Source of the DNA: Candidatus Krumholzibacteriales bacterium
GTDB lineage: Bacteria; Krumholzibacteriota; Krumholzibacteriia; Krumholzibacteriales; WJIX01
Direction of reading: 5' to 3'
Assembly (NCBI GenBank): GCA_046483305.1
Contig: JAWODM010000065.1
Coordinates: forward strand, 1-55,903
DNA length: 55,903 bases
Shown here: positions 26,697-37,380 of the stretch, piece by piece
Position numbering within the stretch: the first letter of the stretch is position 1
How the letters are laid out: every line of letters starts with the position of its first letter
Made by a program: the position numbers and the translations under genes
The notes under the pieces: generated by a model
What the model was told of the DNA's origin: nothing
Database searches by the model: none
What the model saw: the letters and a program-made list of their open reading frames with translations, nothing else

Positions 26697-27901
26697 GAAG
26701 ATATTTGATTATAATAACCGGCCTCTATCTGGGTTTTTGTGGATGCTCCGTGGATAATCCCGGAAACGATATCTATATTATGGAGGAACTGGAGGCGGCT
26801 TCCTCCCTGGAAGACCCGGATAAAAGGGTAGAACGGCTGCAGATGTTTCTGGAGAGCTATCCCGGCCATTACTGCAGGAAGTTCGCTTACCGGCGTATTT
26901 TCAGGACCCTGGCAGTTGAACTGGGAAGGGAAGAGAAAGCCTTTGATTTCGTCTACAGAGTGGAAGAGAGCGAAGATGACGCCGGTATATTAAGCGATCT
27001 GTACTATTCGGGGTTTACTTATCTGATGGATATCGACAGCATGAGAGCGGTCAGGTATGCGAAGAATATTCTGAAAGAAAAGGATATCGATTTCAGGCAC
27101 ATTCTTTATTTCGGTTTTGACCTGAACCATGCCGGGATTTCCGGCCCGGCATTCCGGATGTTCAGGAGGGGGCTGGAGAAAGCTGAAAACTCCATTGAAA
27201 GAGATTTCGCCGGAATGATCCTGGGTGAAGCTCTGTACAGATCTGGCAGGCAGGACAGCGCCATGAAGGTGCTTATGGATTCCAGGGGCAGCCCTTTCTC
27301 GGGCAGGTATATCGGGGAGATTCTCTGGAAGAGGGGCCAGCGGGAAGAAGCCCTGGAATATTATATAAATCTTGCCGCAGGCGTTCCCGGGATGCGGGAC
27401 AGGGTCGGCCTGGACAGTCTCTATGCTCTGGTTTATCCGGATAAGCCGGGAGATCTGGACCGCGAGATTCTGAAACAGAGGATAGGGGAAAGAAAGCTAC
27501 TCCATGACGGTGAATTTGCGGGAATATCGGGAAGGATTTACGACCTTTCATCCTTCCGGGGAAAGAAACTTGTTATCGGGGCCTGGTCTCCGGATTGACC
27601 ACCCTGCATCGCGGAGTTGCCGCGAATGGAAAAGCTCAGGGAGAAAGAGCAGGAACTGGGGTTCAGGATACTGCTTTTGAACTGGAAGGACCGGCTGGAA
27701 AAGACCAGGAAGATTATGGAAAGGTCGGGCTGCGGCATCCCGGTACTGCTGGATTGCCGATCCTACGCGAGAAAAGTTCTATTTGTAAATTATACTCCTA
27801 CCCTGTTTATAGTTGACGAAGAAGGGATTATACGGTCCAGAATAGTCGGCGCCCCGGATAATATCGAGGAGATCGTAGTGGAAGTGCTCGGTAATATATA
27901 A
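26693..27901 (+). CDS. Selenoprotein: helical/TPR-like lipoprotein fused to a TlpA-like redoxin with UxxC
   Basis: Track ORFs 26693-27598 and 27617-27901 are in frame across TGA 27596-27598: LSSFRGKKLVIGAWSPD-U-PPCIAELPRMEKL...YTPTLFIVDEEGII. 402 aa with Sec at position 302. Confidence 0.85.
27607..27628 (+). promoter_or_regulatory. Bacterial SECIS-like hairpin
   Basis: TCGCGG-AGTTG-CCGCGA (27609-27625), extendable by CA/TG; loop G is 18 nt after the UGA. Confidence 0.7.
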
Positions 27902-27939
27902 CAGAAACTCTTCCCGGGAATAAGCTGGCGGCCGCCGCA

Positions 27940-29535
27940 TTACAGGGTCGGTATCTCCCTTTCAGGGATAGCCCCGAAGGAATCCCTGATAAAAGATTCT
28001 ACCTCTACGATGCTTTCTCTCATTACCGGGTCTCTGACTTTCTCTCTGGCCTCATTCAGGACCATCAGGGCATGGCTGGGATTATCCATATTCCTGAAGA
28101 GAAGCTTTGCCAGCGCTATGGAGGCCTTGGTGGAAACCGGGGTGGAGGGGGAATTTTTCCTGATAAAATCATAGATATCGAAAGCTCTCTGGTAATCCTC
28201 ATCTCTCACTGAATAGCTGCCCACTCTCATCAGCAGCTTGGATAACATTCCCGAACAGCTATTTCCTGATATCATCTCCATCGCCCAGTCCGCCGCGTCG
28301 CTGTTTCTGGATTTCATCAGAAGCAGTTTCAGGGCCCTGGTTCCCAATTTCTCGAATTCGTCCCCCCTTCCCTTTTCCCTGTATATCATGGCAATATCCA
28401 TCAGTATATCCGGGTTGTCCGGCCGGTCCGCTATCAGCTTTGAAAATATCTGCCCCGCTCTGGTATCCATCCCCTTTTCCATCATTCTGCAGCCCTCGTC
28501 AAACCTGGGGTCTCTGGTAATCCCGGCCCTGATCTGTTTTTCTCTTACATTCTTCTCCAGCACTCTCTGCTCGAACCCGGTGACCTTGAAAATGAGGGCT
28601 GTGATGACCCCGAAGAGGTATCCGGCTATGTGAGCTATGTATGCCACATTTGATCCACCCGCCATATCGGAAAGATGTTTAAGGGCGACCTGCTGGAGAA
28701 ACCACAGCGGCAGAAACACAAAAGCCGGCAGGAAGAACGTGCCGAAATACGGCCTGAAGAAGAAGAGGAAGAAATAGAACATCTTTATCCTGGTCCTGAA
28801 ATGGATGACCGTGAATGCGCCCATAGCGGCGGCTATCGCTCCGGATGCCCCTATCAGAGGAACGGTGACTGAAGTGTCCTGCAGGCAAAATGCGATACCT
28901 GCGAAGACTCCCCCTATCAGATAGAACAGGATAAATGGGAATCTGCCCCAGGTATCTTCAAGCAGGCATCCGACTACCCAGAGGAATATCATGTTTCCGA
29001 TCAGATGGAAAAGCCCCCCGTGGAGGAACATATGCGTTATCAGGGTGTGGAGCCGGTTCATTCTGGAGGGTATCAGCCCGTAGGAATAGTTTATCTCTCC
29101 AACCATGATCCTTGTCTCTTCGGCGCGGTACCTCTTCCAATCCCTGAACATCTCCAATTCCGCAAGGTTATCAAAGTAGTTTTCATCCTTATTCGATAAT
29201 TCGTTTTCAAACTCCTGATAATCGTTTATTGAACCTCCCGCTCTGCCTATTATTTCGATCACCGCGGTCTGCATCTCGATCAGGTTTTCGGAATTCTCTA
29301 TCCTGTAAAGGCACTCCCTGATTTCGGGGGATTCATACTCCCCGCCCATTTCAATAACGTACAGTCTGGTCTGTTCCAGGTATCTGCTTCTTCTTATTTC
29401 CGGCAGACCGGACCTGTCATTACCGAGTCCCGTAAATGATATGATAGCAACAATTATATTGATAACTATAAGAGATATAGTTACTTTGGGCTTAAAAGCA
29501 ATCGAAGATTCCGTTCCTGTTGGCAGTATTATCAT
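27940..29535 (-). CDS. Rhomboid intramembrane serine protease with C-terminal TPR-like region
   Basis: HMFLHGG, HLIGNM, LE..WG, GASG (Ser), AHIAG (His). Confidence 0.92.
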   Translation of the reverse strand: MIILPTGTESSIAFKPKVTISLIVINIIVAIISFTGLGNDRSGLPEIRRSRYLEQTRLYVIEMGGEYESPEIRECLYRIENSENLIEMQTAVIEIIGRAGGSINDYQEFENELSNKDENYFDNLAELEMFRDWKRYRAEETRIMVGEINYSYGLIPSRMNRLHTLITHMFLHGGLFHLIGNMIFLWVVGCLLEDTWGRFPFILFYLIGGVFAGIAFCLQDTSVTVPLIGASGAIAAAMGAFTVIHFRTRIKMFYFFLFFFRPYFGTFFLPAFVFLPLWFLQQVALKHLSDMAGGSNVAYIAHIAGYLFGVITALIFKVTGFEQRVLEKNVREKQIRAGITRDPRFDEGCRMMEKGMDTRAGQIFSKLIADRPDNPDILMDIAMIYREKGRGDEFEKLGTRALKLLLMKSRNSDAADWAMEMISGNSCSGMLSKLLMRVGSYSVRDEDYQRAFDIYDFIRKNSPSTPVSTKASIALAKLLFRNMDNPSHALMVLNEAREKVRDPVMRESIVEVESFIRDSFGAIPEREIPTL

Positions 29536-29631
29536 GTCACAGTCCCTTTGAATGCCGGGCCTGCGTTTTGCGGACAGGGGCCCGGCAGGCGATTAAATGG
29601 TGTTGAATGCAAGAAAAGTACCAGCCCCGGC

Positions 29632-30315
29632 TTAATATGGTTTTGAGGCGAGGTGGTGGGCGGCTCTAAGTGGTTCCGATATTTTGTACTCAGGCGTGCA
29701 TCGGAGCACAATTTCAACCGATGTCTGATGATCTATCAGGTGGCCGGGGGATACATAAACCGGTTTAATTCCGTCCCTGGTCCTGAGGGCATAACCCAGC
29801 AGATCTCCGTCGCCGCCGCGGATGGGGGACTTCTGACCCTTGCGCGGCCCCGGCTGGTCAAAATCGCCGTATAGAGGCGATTTGGCGCAACCTATAGTAG
29901 GTTTGCCCAGGATTATTCCCAGATGGCTGGCCAGTCCCAGCCGCCTGGGGTGGGCGATCCCCTGGCCGTCGCAGAGAATCAGGTCAGGTTCTGTTTTTAT
30001 CTCCCGCAGGGCCCGGAGGATGGCGGGTATCTCCCTGAAGGAGAGCAGCCCCGGTATGTACGGTATATCGCAACTGCAGGTCAGGCGGCGCGATTCTGCC
30101 ATTTCCAGTTCCGGAAAGGAGAAGACCGCCACCGCCGCCAGAGCCGTGCCGCGGGAGGGGAAGTGGACATCTGCGCCCGCTATATGATTTACAGGCCTCC
30201 CGTCCCATTCAAGAACCAGCTTCGGCCTGAGTTCGTTCTGTAATCTTATCCCCTCCCGGGCGGAGAATTGTTCTCCGGGAAGAATCCCGGAACCTTCTGC
30301 GCTGAACCATGTCAT
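29632..30315 (-). CDS. nfi: Endonuclease V
   Basis: AGADV, PYIPGLLSFRE, DGQGIAHPRRLGLASH, IGCAK, YVSPGH, EPLRAAH. Confidence 0.96.
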   Translation of the reverse strand: MTWFSAEGSGILPGEQFSAREGIRLQNELRPKLVLEWDGRPVNHIAGADVHFPSRGTALAAVAVFSFPELEMAESRRLTCSCDIPYIPGLLSFREIPAILRALREIKTEPDLILCDGQGIAHPRRLGLASHLGIILGKPTIGCAKSPLYGDFDQPGPRKGQKSPIRGGDGDLLGYALRTRDGIKPVYVSPGHLIDHQTSVEIVLRCTPEYKISEPLRAAHHLASKPY

Positions 30316-31706
30316 ATCTCAATACTATCGCCGGGATAGGGGAAGTGAACCGGATAACCGTCATTTTTCAGAAGATGGTAGAGCTGTTCCGACTGGCTCT
30401 CCTCGCCATGGACCAGGAATATCCCCTTCAGCGAATCCTTCAGAGGCTTGACATACTGGTGAAGCCCATCCCTGTCCGCGTGGGCGCTGAAAGAGTTCAT
30501 TATCTCAACTTCCGCGTTAAGCCGGTATTGCTTACCGAATATCTTCACCTTTTCGTGTTTTTCGGCTATTCTGCGTCCCAGAGTGTTCCTGGCCATGAAA
30601 CCTACAATGAGCACGGTGTTTCTCTTATCTTCTATATTGTTCTTGAGGTGATGGAGTATTCTCCCCGCTTCGCACATGCCGGAGGCGGATATGATTATCT
30701 TGGGGTCCGGATCGCGGTGAAGAGCTTTCGATTCCTCCACATCCTTTATGTAACGGACATGCCTGGCTCCCAGCGGATCCCGGCCATTCTTGAATGCTTC
30801 ATACATTTCTTCATCGTAACATTCCGGGTGATTGAAGAACACCTCAGTCAGGTTCACCGCCAGGGGGCTGTCAACTATTACCGGTATTTTCGGGACCATT
30901 TGATCATTGAACAGGTCGTTCAGGTGATAGACTATCTCCTGGGTTCTCTCCAGAGCAAAGGAGGGAATGATTATCTTCCCCCCTCTGCTGACTGTTCTGT
31001 TAATTATATCGGCCAGGGTACTCCTGGTTTCGGAGGGGTCGGCATGCAGCCTCCCTCCGTAAGTACTTTCCAGGAACAGGTAATCCATATCGGGAGGAGT
31101 AACCGGATCGTTGAGAATAGGTATATTCTCCCTTCCCAGGTCTACCGCGTACCCTATCCGCACTTTGCCGCCGTCCCCTTCAATCTCCAGCAGGGGGGTT
31201 GAGGAGCCCAGGACATGCCCGGCATCGTAGAATGTGACGGAGTTCTCTCCTCCCAGTGATATCTGTTGCTCGTATGGGTGCCCGCTGAAGAACCGGAGTG
31301 AATTCTCGGCATCCTCCTGGGTATACAGAGGTTCCCGCGGAGGCTCGCCTTTCTTTTTCCTCTTCTTGTTGAGATATTTGATGTCTTCTTCCTGGATATG
31401 CCCGCTGTCCGGAAGCATTGATTTGCAGAGGTCTCTGGTGGCGTCGGTGGTGAGTATTCTGCTATCGAAACCGTTCTTCACCAGGTTCGGAATATTGCCG
31501 CTGTGGTCTATATGAGCATGGGAGAGTACACAGGCATCAATCTCCGCGGGATCGAAAGGGAAATGGGAATTGATTTCATAGAACTCCCTGCGGTGCCCCT
31601 GGAACAGGCCGCAGTCAATCAGGAATTTGTATTCGCCGTTGGAGATAAGGTGCATGGAACCTGTTACTGTCCTGACGGCGCCGATAAAATCTATTTTAAT
31701 ACTCAT
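30312..31706 (-). CDS. beta-CASP metallo-beta-lactamase-fold ribonuclease
   Basis: TVTGS, DCGLFQG, SHAHIDHSG, AGHVLGS, ESTYG, SASGMCEAGRILHH, SAHAD, VHGE. Confidence 0.93.
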   Translation of the reverse strand: MSIKIDFIGAVRTVTGSMHLISNGEYKFLIDCGLFQGHRREFYEINSHFPFDPAEIDACVLSHAHIDHSGNIPNLVKNGFDSRILTTDATRDLCKSMLPDSGHIQEEDIKYLNKKRKKKGEPPREPLYTQEDAENSLRFFSGHPYEQQISLGGENSVTFYDAGHVLGSSTPLLEIEGDGGKVRIGYAVDLGRENIPILNDPVTPPDMDYLFLESTYGGRLHADPSETRSTLADIINRTVSRGGKIIIPSFALERTQEIVYHLNDLFNDQMVPKIPVIVDSPLAVNLTEVFFNHPECYDEEMYEAFKNGRDPLGARHVRYIKDVEESKALHRDPDPKIIISASGMCEAGRILHHLKNNIEDKRNTVLIVGFMARNTLGRRIAEKHEKVKIFGKQYRLNAEVEIMNSFSAHADRDGLHQYVKPLKDSLKGIFLVHGEESQSEQLYHLLKNDGYPVHFPYPGDSIEI

Positions 31707-31721
31707 TTTCTCCGCTCTTTT

Positions 31722-33056
31722 TTAAGACCCACTGATAACCATTTTGTTGATTTTAAAGGGTGGGGAGGCGATATCGTTTTTCCATTCGATATCCTTCCCA
31801 ATCATATCGATATCTTCCAGCATCTCCCCGAATGTTCCGGCGATAGTAAAACCGCTTACCGGATGGGATAGAGAGCCGTTCCCAATCCAGATCCCTTCGG
31901 CTCCCTGAGAGAAGTCGCCCGTGGACCAGTTTGCGCCCTGGCCGGATGTGGAAGTTAGATATAAGCCGTTATCAACGCTGGATATAATCTCTTCTTCGCT
32001 GAACTCCCCCGGCTGGATGTAGAAATTCGACACTCCGCCGCTGTTTCCGGTGGTTTGTTTCCCCAGCTTATTAGCCTGATAAGTGTTCATCAGGTATGTC
32101 TTGAGGACCCCCTTCTCGATTACAGTGTTCCTTCTTGAAATTACTCCTTCCGAGTCGAAGGGCCGGCTTCCCAGCCTGCCCGGCATCAGGGGGTCGTCGA
32201 TTACGGTGAGAATAGGCGGGGCGATCTTCTGGTCCAGCATGCCCTCCAGAAAGGAGGATTTCCTGTAAATGTTCTTTCCGCGTACCGCGCTGGAAATACT
32301 GCTGAGGAAACCTCCGGCGGTGATGGGATCAAAAACCACCGGCACTCTGCAGGTTTTCGGCTTGATACCTCCTATTTTTCTCAAAGTTCTCTTTACCGCT
32401 TCGGATGCGATCTCCTCCAGCGGCCTGAGCTGCTCGAAGGAAATTGCCGCGCTGTACCAGTAAGCGGATTGCCTCTTGCCCCTGTTCTGCCCGTCAGTAT
32501 CGTCTGCTGCCGCGCAGGAGAGAAAAGCGGAGTTATAACTCTTCTTATAAGAATCGCAGAACCCCAGGGAATTGGCGATCGCGATCTTGGCCACGCTGTT
32601 GGAGTAGGCAGACTGGTCGATTAATATTCTGCGGTCCTTTTTCAGGGCGATATCTTCCAGCTCTCTGGCAATCTCTATCTTTCTGTCCGTGGCCATCTCA
32701 GTAATTCCGGGATGGAAGATCTGAAGTTCTTCTGAAGCGGATCCCAGTTCGTCTCTGTCGGGGAGCCGGTAATATTCGTCCGGTTCCATAATCCGGCAGA
32801 GCCTTACCGCGTCAGCGGCGAGCCGGGCGATGCTCTCCCTGGACAGATCGCTGGAAGTCGAAGAGGCTCTTCTCGAGCCGATGGAAACAAGTATATGAAT
32901 ATGGTTCGAAACAGATTCAGTGAGTGTCTCCACGTCACGGTTTCTGACATTAACAGAGAAATTCAGATTCTCGCCTATCCCGGCTTCCACAGTTTCAGCG
33001 CCAAGGGAGGCCGCTTCTTCAACCGCGAATTGAGCCAGGTTTGTTATCAGTTCCAT
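31722..33056 (-). CDS. pmbA: PmbA/TldE family protein
   Basis: DDP..PG.LGSRPFDSEG, TGDFSQGAEG, TIAG; no HExxH; adjacent to tldD. Confidence 0.9.
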   Translation of the reverse strand: MELITNLAQFAVEEAASLGAETVEAGIGENLNFSVNVRNRDVETLTESVSNHIHILVSIGSRRASSTSSDLSRESIARLAADAVRLCRIMEPDEYYRLPDRDELGSASEELQIFHPGITEMATDRKIEIARELEDIALKKDRRILIDQSAYSNSVAKIAIANSLGFCDSYKKSYNSAFLSCAAADDTDGQNRGKRQSAYWYSAAISFEQLRPLEEIASEAVKRTLRKIGGIKPKTCRVPVVFDPITAGGFLSSISSAVRGKNIYRKSSFLEGMLDQKIAPPILTVIDDPLMPGRLGSRPFDSEGVISRRNTVIEKGVLKTYLMNTYQANKLGKQTTGNSGGVSNFYIQPGEFSEEEIISSVDNGLYLTSTSGQGANWSTGDFSQGAEGIWIGNGSLSHPVSGFTIAGTFGEMLEDIDMIGKDIEWKNDIASPPFKINKMVISGS

Positions 33057-33071
33057 TTCAGCTTCGTCCCC

Positions 33072-34496
33072 TCAGGTGATTTCGCTTCCTCCAATGGTGA
33101 TCTCAGATACCTTTATAGTCGGCAGCCCGACATTTACCGGCACTGCCTGTTTCTTGCCGCAGGTCCACCTTCCGTCGCTGAAGGCGAAATCATTACCGGT
33201 CATGGTAACTTTGGAAAGAACATCCGGCCCGTTCCCGATAAGAGTGAAATTCTTGACCGGATATTTCAGTTTACCGTTCTCAACCAGGTACGCTTCTACC
33301 GGAACAAAAACAAAATCTCCGCTGGCCGGGTCAACCTGTCCTCCCCGGAAAGATTTACAGTATATTCCTCTGGCGGTAGATTCGAATATCTCCCCCGGAT
33401 CGAACTTGCCGTTAGCCAGGTAAGTATTGGTCATCCTGGGAATGGGGGGATGTTTATAAGACTGTCTTCTTCCGTTGCCGGTCCTTTCCATTTTCAGATA
33501 GTCGGCGTTCAGTTTGTCGGTCATGTACTTTTTGAGAACCCCGTTTTCGATGAGCACGGACCGGGATGAGACGGTCCCTTCGTCGTCAAAATTGATACTC
33601 CCGCGGTCGTTCTCCACCGTTCCGTCGTCTATTACGGTAACCAGCTCGCTGGCAACCTTTTCTCCAAGCCTGCCGGTATAGGAGGAGGTCTTCTTTCTGA
33701 TAAAATCGGCCTCCAGAGGGTGGCCTATCGATTCATGCAGAAGAATTCCCGATTCAGCGGGAGCGAGGATCAATTCCATCCTTCCGGCCGGCGCCTGCCG
33801 GGCTTCCAGAAGCAGCACCGCCTGCCTGGCCGCTTCCTCTCCATGCTGCTCCGGCGTCCTGATTCCGGAGAAGTAGCTGCACCCCCTTCTTCCCCCTCCG
33901 CTGGATATACCTATCTGACGGTTGCCGCTTCTTTCAGCCACCACGCTGACCTTAAAATCAATCATCGGCCTTACATCCTTCAGCAGTTCCCCTTCGCTGG
34001 TTGCTATCAGGATATGGCTGACCGTATCTACTATACTTACCGTGGTCTTTACTATGTCGTTGTGGTAAGTGCTGGCCGCCTTTTCGGCTCTTCGTATCAG
34101 GTCGATCTTCGATTCGAGCCCAGCGCCGGTAACCGGGTCGGAAACGCTGTAACGGTTTTGACAGCCGACAGCCTCCAGCGGTACAGGATCAACCTGTTTG
34201 CCGCTGTCCGCTATTGCGGCAGCGGTGTCTGCGGCATGTTTGAGTTTTGACGGGGATAATATTTCGGTATACGCGTAGCCGATCCCCTGGCCTTTTATGG
34301 TGCGAATTCCCGCGCCCATCGCCACGGATTTATTGCTTTCCTTGATAATACCTTCCTCCATCAGGATGCCGTTATAGACGGTATGTTCGCAGAAAATATC
34401 GCTGTAATCTCCGCCGCGGGAGAGTGCCGCCACGAGAACATCCCGGATGGTTGAATTTTCCAGGTTGAAATGGTCAACAAAAGTAAGCAAGTCCAC
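33072..34496 (-). CDS. tldD: TldD metalloprotease
   Basis: LLHESIGHPLEAD, DDEG, TGNGRRQSY..PIPRMTNT, GGQVD, TCGK. Confidence 0.95.
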   Translation of the reverse strand: MDLLTFVDHFNLENSTIRDVLVAALSRGGDYSDIFCEHTVYNGILMEEGIIKESNKSVAMGAGIRTIKGQGIGYAYTEILSPSKLKHAADTAAAIADSGKQVDPVPLEAVGCQNRYSVSDPVTGAGLESKIDLIRRAEKAASTYHNDIVKTTVSIVDTVSHILIATSEGELLKDVRPMIDFKVSVVAERSGNRQIGISSGGGRRGCSYFSGIRTPEQHGEEAARQAVLLLEARQAPAGRMELILAPAESGILLHESIGHPLEADFIRKKTSSYTGRLGEKVASELVTVIDDGTVENDRGSINFDDEGTVSSRSVLIENGVLKKYMTDKLNADYLKMERTGNGRRQSYKHPPIPRMTNTYLANGKFDPGEIFESTARGIYCKSFRGGQVDPASGDFVFVPVEAYLVENGKLKYPVKNFTLIGNGPDVLSKVTMTGNDFAFSDGRWTCGKKQAVPVNVGLPTIKVSEITIGGSEIT

Positions 34497-34591
34497 ACTC
34501 CGGGCCGGGATTTAATAAAAAATGTATAAATACCTGCCGATGTTAACTTTTATATAATATATTTAAACAGAATCTTTGCAAGGGTTTAATT

Positions 34592-36733
34592 ATGAAGAAC
34601 ACCGGAGGATTGATAGCGGTTTTATTTTACCTGGCGGCGGGTATTATGGCCTCCGGCAGCCTGGCGGCAGATGAGCAGGCCGGGGGGTGCGGCCTGTGCG
34701 GGATCGCTTCCAGGGTAAACAGCCATGGGATGGAGTCCACGGTCAGGGAGCTCAGCGGGGCGGACAGCGCTTCTATCGGCGGAATAAAATATCTTATCAG
34801 CACCCGCTACACCTTCTCGGATATGAAATTCAGGGCTCTGGAATATTGCCGGCAGAAAGTCATTGAGTACGGATACAGCCCCAGAATCCAGAGTTTTCAG
34901 ATGCCGCCAAAAACCGCCCCCCTTTACGCTCTGGCGATATCCGGTGATACCCTGTGGGCGGGAGCTGTCGACGGGCGGATATATATATCTGTTCCGGGAG
35001 TATATCCTGCCGGTTTCAGAAAATGCGCTCATATTGCGGGCAACGGGGTCCTCTCGCTGGAGAGAGCTCCGGGAGGGGCCCTGTATGCCGCCTGCAACGT
35101 ATCTCCCGGCCCGGGAGGAGCGGTATACAGATCGGGAGACGGGGGTTTTACCTGGCATCTTCTTCGCCGGACGGATCATTCCCTGCAGACGGTATCATTT
35201 ATCGATTCGGAAAGGGGAATAGCGGCAGGTTTGTACGGAACGGTTATAGTGACTGAAAATGGCGGGGACACCTGGGAGGAGAGGGATCCCGCGCTGTTCG
35301 GTTATCAGAGTTTCAACGGTTCTGACGGGTCAGGAGGCTTGTACAGGCTGGCAAGCAGGTCGGGGAGCCTGTTCACCAGCGGCGGGGATGATGGGGTTTC
35401 ATGGAGGGACACATCGCTCTGCGGCTGCAGCCTCAGAGATCTATCTTTCTGCGGCTCTGATTACGGGATTGCGGTAGGGGACAGTTCAGCTTTTTTTACC
35501 GCCGACGGAGGTTCGGCCTGGAACCGTTTTGATCTCGATGCCGCTCTGTTGAGCGCCTCCATGGCGGATACCACTGCCATGGCGGTAGGGGGAAAGGGAG
35601 GTGAAATTTATACCAGCTATGACGGAGGGAACAGCTGGGAACTCCAGCCCGCGACATCGGAAAGCGGCAGGGAGGTTCTCATTTTCGCCGGAAGGGACTC
35701 GATCTTCTCGGCCGGCGATAATTACGTTACTCTTGAAGAGTTTGAGGGAGGTGTCCATGCCGGCAGCAGCTCCTGGGCCCTGGCCGATACAGTCAGCGGC
35801 AAGAACCTGATATTTTCTATCCCCGGGACCGTTGACCCCCGCCGCAGGGTGATTCTCTGCGCTCATTATGATTCCCAGAACACCCGGATAGGCGAGAGCC
35901 CCTATGTAACCGCTCCCGGGGCCGATGACAACGGAACAGGCGTGGCCGCTGTGCTGGAATGCGCGAGAATACTGAAGGACTGCGTTACTGATTATACGGT
36001 TGAATTCATACTTTTCGACGGAGAAGAAGAAGGCCTGTACGGAAGCAGGCACTTTGCGGAGAATATGGATACCTCAATGCAATACCAGGGAGTTATAAAT
36101 CTGGACCTTATCGGAGCGGATTACAGCGGCAGGGGAATTATTCAGATTGCCGGAAGGGAAGATGCCGCGGATTCATCCTTATATTATCTCTTTATGGAGA
36201 CCGCCTCTATTCTGGGACTGGACCACAGTATTGAATACCTGACACCTTCCCCGGCCAGCGACCACCGACCGTTCTGGGTTGAGGCGCCCGAAATACCTTC
36301 CCTGCTGGTAATCGAAGGAGGTTACCGGGATAATCCTTACTACCATTCCTCTGATGATACCGCGGACCGTATAGATCTGAATTACTACGGCGAAATCGTA
36401 AAATTATCCCTGGCTGCAGCCGCGGCAAAAGCGGGTTACAGGGGCGAGATTCCCGGGAGCGCGATGCTGATAGGCAATTATCCCAACCCTTTTTCGCGCA
36501 ATACGGCCATACGGTTTGAGCTGCCCGAACGAACAAGGGTCAGAATGGCCGTTTACGACGCGGAAGGCAGGATGGTTGCGGAGCTGCTGCAGGGGCCCGC
36601 AGGGCCGGGAAAGATACAGTACACCTGGGACGGCAGGAACGGCAACGGACGGGATCTGGCGAGCGGTATATACTTCCTGAAATTCGAAGCGGGCATCTAT
36701 ACCGCTTCCAGAAAGATGGTAATAATCAGGTGA
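34592..36733 (+). CDS. Secreted M28 metallopeptidase with inserted BNR/YCF48-like propeller and FlgD/T9SS-type CTD
   Basis: S/TxDGGxTW repeats; AHYD, PGADDNGTG, GEEEG, NLD, SDH, YH; CTD NYPNPF...WDG...SGIYF...KMVIIR. Confidence 0.9.
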   Translation: MKNTGGLIAVLFYLAAGIMASGSLAADEQAGGCGLCGIASRVNSHGMESTVRELSGADSASIGGIKYLISTRYTFSDMKFRALEYCRQKVIEYGYSPRIQSFQMPPKTAPLYALAISGDTLWAGAVDGRIYISVPGVYPAGFRKCAHIAGNGVLSLERAPGGALYAACNVSPGPGGAVYRSGDGGFTWHLLRRTDHSLQTVSFIDSERGIAAGLYGTVIVTENGGDTWEERDPALFGYQSFNGSDGSGGLYRLASRSGSLFTSGGDDGVSWRDTSLCGCSLRDLSFCGSDYGIAVGDSSAFFTADGGSAWNRFDLDAALLSASMADTTAMAVGGKGGEIYTSYDGGNSWELQPATSESGREVLIFAGRDSIFSAGDNYVTLEEFEGGVHAGSSSWALADTVSGKNLIFSIPGTVDPRRRVILCAHYDSQNTRIGESPYVTAPGADDNGTGVAAVLECARILKDCVTDYTVEFILFDGEEEGLYGSRHFAENMDTSMQYQGVINLDLIGADYSGRGIIQIAGREDAADSSLYYLFMETASILGLDHSIEYLTPSPASDHRPFWVEAPEIPSLLVIEGGYRDNPYYHSSDDTADRIDLNYYGEIVKLSLAAAAAKAGYRGEIPGSAMLIGNYPNPFSRNTAIRFELPERTRVRMAVYDAEGRMVAELLQGPAGPGKIQYTWDGRNGNGRDLASGIYFLKFEAGIYTASRKMVIIR

Positions 36734-36762
36734 GCGCCTGGCTGGCCTCCCAATGGCCGGGA

Positions 36763-37350
36763 TTAATGTATAATCTCGATATCGCCAAGTACCTGAGAAA
36801 TATCTATTATCAGGACTTTTTCTGCCTGGTCGGCGCTAGCGGAACTGTAATTCACACCTTCGAGTTTGACCCCGCCCGGAATATGAATATCCCCTATCAG
36901 GTTATTCCCTCTGAGCCGGTAGGGCATATTCTCCGGCAACCTTACGATGATGTCTCCGAATACGGCATGAAGGTCCAGCTGCCCGTAACCTGTTATCTCT
37001 GTAACATCGCTCAGGTCTATCGATATTTTGCCGAATACGGTACTGGCGCTTCCCCCCGCGAATTGGTCATTATCGACCTTGATCCTGATATCTCCGAAAG
37101 CGCTGGATTGCCTGATATAAGGTGATGAGAGGGAAAGAACAGCATCGCCGAACAGCTGGAATTGAGTATCCTTCTCGTCTCTTCTGCCTCTCTTTCTGAG
37201 CATGGAGAAACCCCAGAATATGATTATAAGGGGCCAGAGCTTCCAGATGAATCCGCCGATATTCATTACCCCGAAGTTGTTAATCAGGAAAAGGATTCCG
37301 ATTATAATTATAATTATCGCGACTTTAGATTCCTTCCAGGATATTTTCAT
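36763..37350 (-). CDS. LiaF-like membrane protein
   Basis: N-terminal TM block with LWP; repeated FGDI/VFG strands typical of the LiaF C-terminal domain. Confidence 0.8.
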   Translation of the reverse strand: MKISWKESKVAIIIIIIGILFLINNFGVMNIGGFIWKLWPLIIIFWGFSMLRKRGRRDEKDTQFQLFGDAVLSLSSPYIRQSSAFGDIRIKVDNDQFAGGSASTVFGKISIDLSDVTEITGYGQLDLHAVFGDIIVRLPENMPYRLRGNNLIGDIHIPGGVKLEGVNYSSASADQAEKVLIIDISQVLGDIEIIH

Positions 37351-37380
37351 GTTGTGCCTCCTTATTAATAAAATCAGCTG

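Noticed and set aside
7611..27598. Genome-wide UGA reassignment (code 4 or 25)
   Set aside because: Conserved genes such as lepA, hemW and tldD end at TGA at expected lengths and Trp is encoded by TGG; the two in-frame UGAs are site-specific.
27595..27816. 73-aa ORF overlapping the redoxin domain
   Set aside because: Alternative-frame artefact; the UGA-readthrough frame explains the region.
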